From positions 16,120,001 to 16,184,000 of the forward strand of contig OZ059897.1 in NCBI GenBank assembly GCA_964057225.1: a DNA stretch of 64,000 bases, given 5' to 3'. Below are positions 51,477 to 64,000 of this stretch, in pieces. The notes beneath the pieces are model-generated. The model had not been told where the DNA came from, ran no database searches, and was given only the letters and a program-made list of their open reading frames with translations. The translations under genes were made by a program, and so were the position numbers. Origin of the DNA: Auanema rhodensis (Eukaryota; Animalia; Nematoda). Position 1 is the stretch's first letter. Each line of letters starts with the position of its first letter.

Positions 51477-54459
51477 ATGTCTTCACCTCTCAGAGTTTTC
51501 TTCATCTTCATTGGGGCTCTTCTTGCTGTTGCTTTGGCTCGATCCTCACAGGTATGATATTTGCTTCTTTTAAAATAAATAAAATGTGATAAATATCATA
51601 ATGGACTATAACTATATAACATTACTATAATTAATCCTTATATTACTTCTTATTCTTTAATTCTTCGACAAAACTAAATTAATTGCTCATACATTCCTCA
51701 TTCTTAATCTGATCTAATACAATAAATGTCTCATATAAAGATTCTTTTATGAGTAATATTCACTTTTTTTATTCTTATATTCATCTAATAAATAATTTTT
51801 GACATTTTATGAAAATGAATGGAAAAATTGTTTCCTGTTTTAACCTATATATAGATAGCTAGTTATATTTATTTTAGTTACTTACTATTTAATACATTCT
51901 TTATTACTATTTTAAGACAATAGTTGAATCAAAAGAAGAAGTACTACCAAACAATTTTAATTTCAAGCACAAAATAAGGAGAAAATATTTCCCAAAACAT
52001 TCTTTATCATGTATACGATAGGGAATGCTCTCATTTTTCCACTATATATATATATTTTTTCAGTCTCTTCTTATTCCATTTTTCCTCTCTCATATGTCTT
52101 TCATAGAAATTTTAATTGAGGATTCCAAAAAATACTAAAAAACGATTTGTACCCTGAATTTGATATTGTCGTTAACGATGGACAATTGAGACTTTTTTTG
52201 CCAAATATTGGTATGAAAATCTTCTTTCTTCTTCTTCGTACTAGACAAGAAATGTCAGCATCAAAATTTAAATTTCTTTTCGTTATTCAAAAAATGACAG
52301 AACGATAGCAGTCGATCTCTTAAGACTTCAGAGATCTGCAGTTTGAACTGGGAGCATGAAAAGCTCGTGAGGCATAAACTCGGAAGATGTAAGGAGAAAT
52401 TGGTGATATGCTCGAAAGACATGACCGGAAACAATTTGCAAGTTTTCGGTTAATGTTGAAAAATATAATGTAAAAGAAAAACTCTCTAAAAACTTTAAGA
52501 ATGATATTTGAAGCGTGTGGGGGTGGAGAAATGTGTACCTATACCTAGGGAGCATATAATTTACATATTTAAGTAGAATGCAACAAAAAACGATTCAGAT
52601 TCAAAGAAAATAATATTTGAATTATAAAACTTTGATGAAATATTTAAAAGTTTTGATCCATTACTAGTTAACTAGAAAAATCTAAGTTAATAAAATGATT
52701 GAGAGGCAATTAATTACCTAGGATCTTTTGAAGTATAAAAATTAGTTTTTATCATAATGAACTTTTTGTATTACTTTACTCTTTAACTAATACATTTAAA
52801 CGAACTTATTACGTAAAATTATAACAGAAAATTGGCAGAAGATAGGCAAAAGAAACACTAAAAAGGCCAAAAATCATTTATACCAATAGGAAAATACATC
52901 ATCTTCGGTTTCCTTTCTTAATAGTTTACTGATGAAAAATTTAAGTTGTAAAAACTGATGAATGGATGTTTGAAAAGGAAATACACACTTGCAGTGAAAC
53001 AAAATATGCTTAAACTTTTCATGATATAGAGATAATTTAACTAAAATATTAAATTTAAAAATAAATTCGTTTCATTTCAACTATTGTTTCTTACTCCTTT
53101 CATCATTGCCCGACTGGTTTGTCTCAGCTTTCTATTAGTAGCTCAAAATCTTCTTATTGAGATGGATAGCCTTAGCTGTAGTCCATCAGATGGACAAAAA
53201 CTAAAACTTTAACAGAAAAATCTTTTGTGAAGTTATAGCTTCTAGAAAAACAATCATAAAAACTACTTATAAGTAAAAGTCTCAAATATCCATACATCTA
53301 AAAATATCTTAAGAAATAAAAATATTTTTATTCAGTAATAAAAGATCATAAAATTAGTTTTTCTTGGTATTTCTTTTGCTATACGTTTTCAACTATACTT
53401 ATTAAATGTATTTTCGTCAAATTATAAATACATATGTATACATGATACATAAGATGTAAAGTGAATGACCCAATTTGAAATAATTTTATAAGAAAAAGAT
53501 ACCCTTATAGAGTTATTTGACCTTCATAAATGAAATGAAAAAAGAATAGGCTTTTTGATATATCATTTAAGCTGAAATTGAATCTTTTTTTTTTCAAATT
53601 TCAAGAAAAATTTATTTTTTTTGAAAAATATTTCCTATTTCCATAATACTTTTCAATGTTTTATGGATATTACACATATTATGCATCCAACAATATTCAG
53701 GATTAGGACTTTTTATGTAATTAATTACCTATTTCATTTTTCTTTTTTTGAAATAAAAAACTTTTAAAACAAAAAAATATTTTTTATATCTTATCTTCAA
53801 CAAAAATCATATTTGTAGGTGTATATGTATACATGATGTTGCTGTAGAGCATATTATTTTATTAGAAATTTACTTATTTTATATATTTTTTCTCATAAAG
53901 CTATTGAACCTTTCATCATTGTTCTTGTTCTTTTTTTTCTCTATTTTGAAGATTGTTGATGACAAGGATATCAGATGTCAATGTCGACGTCCAACATTCA
54001 CAAGTAATTGCTAAGGTTAAAGCTTATAACAATTCAATTCATATGACACGTGGCCCTAATTTAAAAAGAAAACATTATAATATACAATTGACGAAATGTA
54101 TAATCAATGAACCATGTGTATATTTCGTCAATTGCAAATAGAGTAAGATAAAGCTTAGGCACCAAACGCCAACACTTCATACCTTCATAACTTTTAGCTA
54201 CTTCTAAGAATTGTGAAAAAAAAAACTGAGATAAGAATTTAACAACTTTACAATTACTTTATTAGGTAATAAAATTTGTTTTTTATAGGGAGCTGGTCTG
54301 TCTCCAGATGTGCCAATTCAAACTTTTGGGGGGCATTATGTCTGGCCAACTGCTGAAAAACGCGAGGTTTACGGATGGAATGATTGCGAGTTCTCTCCTT
54401 TAAGCTGTCTTCTGAGGAAGAGACGTTCAATTTCGGATCAGCAACAAAATGTCTTCTAG
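51477..54459 (+). CDS. nlp-99: Allatostatin-C/somatostatin-type neuropeptide precursor (81 aa, NLP-99-like)
   Basis: Exon 1 (51477-51551) encodes the signal peptide MSSPLRVFFIFIGALLAVALARSSQ and ends at a phase-0 gtatga donor. Exon 2 (54289-54459) follows ttttatag and encodes GAGLSPDVPIQTFGGHYVWPTAE-KR-EVYGWNDCEFSPLSCLL-RKRR-SISDQQQNVF*. The gene symbol rests on my recollection of the C. elegans peptide. Confidence 0.88.
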
Positions 54460-56995
54460 ACTTGCTGAAACGTTCACACGACAGTGAAGAAAATCTTCAA
54501 AAACTACAAAATAACCCAAAAATCATCTGTTTTCGTTAGGATAAGAAAAAAAAGTTATTTGTAAGACCTGAGGAAAGATTAATAAAAGAAGATGATGCTG
54601 ATGATGATTAAGAAGAAGCAGTCTCATCAACTCCCTCTCTTAACTATGTTATCTCTATGTTAATAGAGATTAATCTTCTTTATTTTATTTTATTATGACG
54701 TTGTTAATAAAACGTTTATTAGTTATTTCTATATAATTGAAAGAAGATTTACATATTATTAAAAGATTGCAATAACTAAATTAGTATTATATAATATATA
54801 ATATATTTTTTTGATAATACAAATATGCACATATTTGATATATATTATATTAAATGAAAATGCATAAACAATGAAGATTTTTCTCGTAATATTTTTCTAT
54901 CACGTAATCATTTGTATGTGATATTATCTCATATATATCTATATCTTTATACATATATATATGTATATGTCTATAATTATTATATTCTACATGTGTGTAT
55001 TCAAAATTTGAATGTCGTGCAGAATGATTGAGTTTCGGTCGATTCACTAAAGGTCAATTTTGAAACGCTGCTAAACATATAATAAACACGATTTGGAGCA
55101 AAAAATGTTTTTATCATCAGTATAGTATTCAGCTGTATTATTATTTCATATATATATATATATATATTGTATGTATATAAGTATAAATGCTTTTCTTCTA
55201 TTGATTTGTTTGATATTCAGGATCTGCTTATGGATGAAGAGGAAAACTAAATAATCTAAGTTCAATCGTCAATGTTCAAATAATCAAATTATATTCTAAA
55301 TGTTGTTATCCTTAAATATAAATGAATTATAAAAGAAAGTTAAATTAGTGTTATTTGTAAATATAATAATTATATTGTATAAGTATAATAAAGTATAAGT
55401 ATAAGTAGATCACATGAACTAATTAAAAAGAGAAAAAAAATGAAAAAAGTTCTTTAGAAATATACATATATAAACAATATAAAGATTGTAAATAAAACGT
55501 AATTCATTGTTAATAATTATTATTAAATGTCAATAAATAGAATATTATGAAAACTAATACTTAGCTTTGAATATATATTGACATTCATATTAATATTGTT
55601 GATAGAGAGTAAAGAAGAAGGATAACTTTTTTTTGAATAATATTATAATATTGCTATGCTTTATAAAATAAAATAATGTTTTTTGAATTAAAATAGACAA
55701 GTTAATCAAGGGATCATCCTATACATATCTTATCAAATTTTTTGGGTAGTGGGGTAAAAATGATAGAAAAGATTTGGACATGCAATCTTTTAGAGGCAGA
55801 ATCCTGTTGATGAGGAGAAAAACAAACACAAGTTTGTGCTGGTCAAAGTATACAACTGGAGAGTTATTTGAAATATGAGTAAAATATATACTATATATAT
55901 GTATTAATAAACATAAATAACAAACAAACAAAAATGAATATTTCATATAATTATTCTAATAAATAAGAACTAGAATATAGAGTTTTAACTATATACTGAA
56001 TTATTCATTCAGTTTCCAAATTTAGCTTAATTTCAAAAGATTTTCGATGATTTGTTGTTCCGTTTAACGTTCTCTTTGGTGTCTAAAGATATCAGATTGA
56101 ATTATTCTTACTCTCTTTTCTTTCCAAATCTTTTCCTCATCCTTCCTCTGATCTCTATGCTTATTTCTCTTTTTCTCTTGTTAACAATGTATTTGAAATG
56201 TATGCCTCTAGCAATCTGTGTACTTCTTCCCTCCGGCCATCTTTTGCTCTCTCTCTCTTTGATTTCAATGCTGTTCCTCAATTCTTACACTTCGGATCCA
56301 ATGGCTGCTTTTCTCAGTTCTCTCAGATCTCGGTCATATACTCTTAACTATTCGCTTTGCTTCTGCCTCTTCTTCTTTGCCAGCAACTCATCTTTCTTCT
56401 GAAGTGAGAGTTTCGACTTAATTTTTCGATCCATCCTTTCAACAGACAGACGACATTGGTCTAAAACTTTCGTCGTCACAAATAATTTTTTTTCTGTTTT
56501 CTGTCCTCATCGTTTTTCATCATCATTGTCAGTCTTTCATTTTATTTTATTAGAATTTCTGTATATACGATTAGTTGAAACTAATTGTTCATTATATATA
56601 TATATATATTTCTAAATACTGGTAAATTTATCATTTTGTTACTTTATGTGATAAAACTATTTTCTATCATTAATGCCATTCAAATACTTTTGACCTTTTA
56701 TGCAAAAAGTATTTGAAAATGTCTCTTATCCTCATGCTACAATTATTTTCTGCAAAGAAATTGTTTTTAATCTAATAATAATATGCAAACAACTAATTCG
56801 TCTGTTTTTGACAACTTGCATAAAAGTTCTAAAAACCTTTTTTTTTGTTTAAAAAGAGGACAAGTATTCCTAATCTTATATAAAAATAAATTGGAAATAT
56901 ACTTGAATTAATTAGAGAATTAAATAAAAATATTAATGTATTCATATTTCAGATTTCTTTATTTTGAATATATTCACCCTAGAAGATAATTTTGA

Positions 56996-59260
<2,265 letters not shown>

Positions 59261-60616
59261 TTTTTCATTTTCTATTCTCTACTCGACACATATTTAGTAT
59301 TATCTTGTGTTCTTTTAAGTATGAACAATCTTCTTTTTCTAAAAATTAATTGTAAAAATAGCTAATTTCACGATTTAAAATGTGCCTTCATTTATTCATT
59401 CAGGATGTGAAATGCGGGAATTTCTTTGAAAAAAAAATCTTTCATCTCCAATATTGATAATGTTTGTCTGTTAAAATTATATTTTTAAATATATTTTATA
59501 TACATATATAAATATTCATAATTAATAAAATTAAAAATAATTAAAGTTTATAAAATAATATAATTACTATAAGTTATAATAAAATAAAAAGATAATAAAT
59601 ACAATTTTAGAGAATGAAAATTATTTCAATTTCTTAGTTTTTTATTTCTTTTATACTATAATAATTACATTACATACTAATTGTTATCAAGTTTTCAAAC
59701 TATTTAAGCTAAAGCTTTGTCTTTTCACATTATTCACTTAGCTTTAAGCTTCAAAGTCGTTTTACATCGAACAAAAAGAGAAAAAGATTTTTTTTAACTA
59801 CAACGGAACAAAACAATAAATATAAAAGAATTTAGTTGGGATATTTAAACCTATTCATGGATAAGCAACTTCATATATTAATATTTAGTTCAAAATATTT
59901 ATAAATAAATACTTAATATACATGTAGACATACATTTGTATGTCTGGGTGTTGCTGAACAAAATTTCTTTTTTCATCTTTTTCAATTCATTCGTAACAAA
60001 CATGATGAAATTTATTTTTTTCCATCAAAAATGATAATTTTCCTAAAATGTCTTGAATGAAATGATTGCAATTGAATTATCTTACTAATGTATTCAATGC
60101 CACTTACTCTCTATATTTTCATCTGCTTCAAACCATTTGTATCCTAAAATACATTTATAACCTCTTGTCTTTCTCACTAACTCTCTTATTTTGTCTAGGA
60201 TCTCTTTTCCTTTTCCTCTTTACAATATCTCATAATTACTTATTTCATTCTCTCACCAACACTTTCACATTTCCTTCTCATCTTCAGTCGATCTCTATTT
60301 CACAATATCTCCATCTCTATTTCTCTCTTGTTTTTCATTCCTATTTCTTCCTGCTCCTACTCCTTTGCTTTCTGAGGCTTTTGCCATATACGAACATGGC
60401 TCTCTCTCTCTCTCTCTCATATCGATTCTCCCCCCACCACTTCTTATAGCTGGCAAGTTGGGCCGTGCGTCTCGTCCTCAGCTCTCAACATCTCTTAATT
60501 ATCGCTTTGCTAAAGTCAGAAATATGTTATAACAGTTAAAATCAGATTATCGTTTTATACAAGTTTTTCTGTGATTTCTCTGGTTATTTTTCATTTTTAA
60601 TGATTGGTTTAAGGTA

Positions 60617-63287
60617 ATGTCTGCTTTGGAAGCAGTTCGTGAACCAACTGACTCCATCTATTCACAAGAAATACCAGATGAAAAGCCATGGTGGCAACGG
60701 TAATTTTTTTACTACAGAGCTTCAATTAGAATTTCATAAATGAGTTTTAGAACGCTGATAAATGATGAGCAGGTACAGTTAGGTACCTGGGATGGTGTTT
60801 TCGCTACTGTAATGGTTAATATATTTGGTATAATTGTCTTCTTGCGAATGGGATGGATTGTTGTATGTTTTGATTATTTTTATATATTATTTATAACAAA
60901 AAATTAATCACGAAAATAAGTATTAAATGCTTAGGGAACTGCTGGAGTGGAGCAAGCCATATTCCAATTGATGATTTGCACTGCTCTATCTATGGTTACA
61001 GTTTTTTCAGCAATCGGAATTTTGGAAAGATGTCAAATAAAGGTAATTTCAAATCATTTTCGTCTAATATCTTCTGAAACACTAATATATATTTCAAGGG
61101 TGGCGGGGTATACTCGTTGATTGCACATGTTATGGGTAGCCGAATTGGTGGAGCAGTTGCAATTATTTATACATTGGGACAGGTTGATTTATATTTATTT
61201 TAAGAATCAATAAATAAATTTCAAACATTTGTTCATTAATTTGTCGTATTTGAAATTATTTTCATATATGTAGGCTGTTGCTACGGCATTGGTTGCTGTT
61301 GGATTAGGAGAGTCATTATCACACTTTTTTGGATACGAAAGTAAAATTTTCGTAAAATTTATTGCAATTGTTACATTGGCAGCATTAACAGGTATGTTTT
61401 CTTGAAATTTTTTTACATTTCTATCTTTCATTGGAGGAATTAATGCTGCCGGTGTATTATGGGTTGTTCGTTTGCAACTATTGATGCTTCTATGCCTTGC
61501 TATGGCTGTTCTGGATTTCGGACTCGGATTTTTATTCACATCGGATGAAGGTTTGTTGATTATTTAGACTTTTTCTCCGTGAAATTTTTCATTCTTTGAA
61601 TAAAGATAATATTGTATAAAAGAACATTGAATGAATAATTATATGAAATATTATTTTTTCCAGAACATGGAGTTCATCGAATGTCATCTGCTCGTCTTCA
61701 ATTGAATAGTCATTCAAACTATAATGCAGTCAATTGTACTGAAGTAGGAATAGATCGTCAGCTTCCCCCTCAAACATTCTTTACCGTGTTTGGTGTCTTT
61801 TTTGCCAATTTTTTGGGAATTTTAGCTGGTAAGTGAAGCATTAATTAATAACATGTTTTGATTATTTAGGTGTTAATATGAGTGGGGATTTGAAAGAACC
61901 AAAGAAAAGTATTCCATTGGGTGAACTGTCAGCTGTTGCTGTAAGGTAATTATATTAGCTTGAGACTTGATAATTAAGATTTAGATAATTAAAATATAAT
62001 TCATTTTTATTTTTAGCTCATTCATTTGTTTTATTATGATTATGATACTTGGCTCCGTTGCAGACCGATATTATTTACAATGTGATTATTTAATTGAAGA
62101 GAAGGTAAGACAAATATTTCATTAATTTATATTTATATTTATTTTAATTATATAATTATAGGTTTCACTCACAAAAATGTTTTTCTTACTTGGTTTGTAT
62201 CTTTGTTCGTTATCATCAACGATAGGAAGTTTACTTGGAACGCCAAGAGTTCTCCAAGGCATTGCTTCAGAAGGAATAATTCCCGCACTAAATCACTTGG
62301 CACAAGGTGTAAGTTTTCTTTAGTTTATTTCTTTGTTTATTTTGATAAACAAATATTGTTTATTGACAAATTTTAAAAAATTAAATTATAGTCTGGAACA
62401 AATGGCAATCCTATTATTGCATCAATGGTATTAATGGCTGTGGCATCGCTCTTCGTACTTCTGGCTGATTTGAATAAAGTAAGATTTCATCTTTTCTCTT
62501 ATTTGATTGAAATGAATAAACTCATTTTTACTAATCTATGATGTAGACTGGTTGCATACACATATAAACATAATTTAATAATTTAATTTTTATTTATTTT
62601 AGTTGGCTATTCTTTCTACTATGCCATTCTTGTTAACTTATGCCTATGTTAACTATTCATATGTTTCATTGGCAATGTCATATGATCTACTTCATTATGA
62701 ACAATTGTAAGTATCATTTCCACTTGAAATCATCTTATTTCAACTCTGCAGAATGGCGCAAGGTGCTGAATCAGCAAGGTATGGATCTACAGCCGGAGAA
62801 GCCAACTCAGATCTGAATAAGCTTTTCCCCGAGCGCACTCAAACAACTCTTACGAATGATGGTGGGTTTAAGCCTATATGTACATTTAAATTTGCTTTCT
62901 TTCTTAGATCAAAATATAATAACCCAGCCAACAAGTTGGTATTCCATGTTCAGCAACCGTTACATTTCATCTCTTGGAGTAAGGAAATAATATATTTATA
63001 CTAATTACTATATAAGTGTTAATACAGTTTATTGCAAATATAATACTAATCATCATGATTGATAAAACAATGGCTGCTGTTCATTTTGGATTACTATTAT
63101 TCTTGTATATATACATTGGACATGTTTCACCACATTCATCTCCAGGTTACTTTTTTCTTCCTTATTTTTCATAACCATTATAATAATTCATTTTGTTTAA
63201 GGAGTTTCCATCTTTACTTTGCCCAAAATGCTTCGAACAGTATTTCTGAATGTAGAACCAAATTCCTACACAGATATCGTGAGCAGA
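60617..63287 (+). CDS. SLC12A8 (CCC9)-like cation-chloride cotransporter family member; 3' end unresolved
   Basis: KPWWQR...[82 protein letters not shown] and [10 protein letters not shown]. The last traceable exon ends near donors at 63279 or 63288; the terminal exon was not identified. Confidence 0.9.
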
Positions 63288-63591
63288 GTATGTTTACATT
63301 ATTTGATACTGTTATATATTAGAATGAAAATATTTAAAGGTTTTGATAAAAATCAGAAGTTTTTTTCGGTTTTTTTCAAATGATTAGAATTTGATAAATC
63401 ATACTCTTTCTAGTCTTTTGAAAACGTGGGAAGGAAAAGGTTATACATACTGCATGTATAAGTATTTTCTTATTTTAGATATTATTTGATTGTTAGTCAT
63501 GCTGAATGTATTTATTTGTATGTAGACTGTTTAGAAAAGAGAAAAACTGAGTATGATTTACCAGGAGACAGAAATTATATAACATATGAGG

Positions 63592-63594
<3 letters not shown>

Positions 63595-63640
<46 letters not shown>
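63595..63640 (+). repeat. (AG)n microsatellite
   Basis: About 23 AG units; explains the spurious RERERE and SLSLSL ORFs. Confidence 0.95.
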
Positions 63641-63646
<6 letters not shown>

Positions 63647-63808
63647 AAAAAGAGAGAGAAAGATGAGAAGAAAGAGAACAAAATATGAATAACCAGAAGA
63701 AGCATTCTTGAAGTTGAATGTGGTCATCAGCATCATATGTGTATATGAAAGATCAAAGCATGAATCATGTTTCACTTTAAGCTCACAACAAGTTTGATAA
63801 TTCAAAAG

Positions 63809-63844
<36 letters not shown>

Positions 63845-64000
63845 AAATATTTATTTTGTCCGCTCAGCTATTTTAAAATGACTGTAAAGTGTAGATATGT
63901 TATGGATATAAAGAATTTTATCGCTATATTTTAAACAACAATCCTGATCATGATGACCTTAGCAGAAAATGAAAAACAAAATCATATCAACTTGAAAATA

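Noticed and set aside
56679-56717. 13-bp hairpin upstream of sup-9; similar small hairpins at about 9325-9345, 33351-33384 and 54651-54670
   Set aside because: Too short for pre-miRNAs or MITEs, and expected by chance in DNA this AT-rich.
63486-63805. RERERE and SLSLSL ORFs
   Set aside because: Translations of the (AG)n microsatellite.

Overview
AT-rich eukaryotic DNA from a nematode, probably a rhabditid other than C. elegans (species not determined). Genes are intron-dense, with many introns of about 40-60 nt, so the ORF track shows only exon fragments and antisense shadows. Manual splicing supports 16 protein-coding genes, in order: an orphan secreted Ser/Thr-rich protein; a PAP2 lipid phosphate phosphatase; a divergent tetraspanin; copb-1; ZRANB2; YIPF1/2; a small unknown protein; rps-9; lsm-1; UMP-CMP kinase; an RluA/RPUSD2 pseudouridine synthase; an EGL-6-like neuropeptide GPCR; nep-2 neprilysin; an allatostatin-C/somatostatin-type neuropeptide precursor; the sup-9 TASK channel; and an SLC12A8-like transporter. 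Most notable: (1) a two-exon neuropeptide gene absent from the ORF track (mature EVYGWNDCEFSPLSCLL), inside a same-strand receptor/peptidase/peptide/channel block; (2) a series of phase-compatible candidate alternative last exons downstream of the PAP2 gene; (3) a candidate spliced uORF ending 2 nt before the ATG of the unknown gene; (4) two GC-AG introns and frequent AAG/GAG acceptors; (5) a motif shared by two bidirectional promoters. I saw no CRISPR array, rRNA, tRNA or transposase. All homology calls come from recalled family sequences, not database searches.
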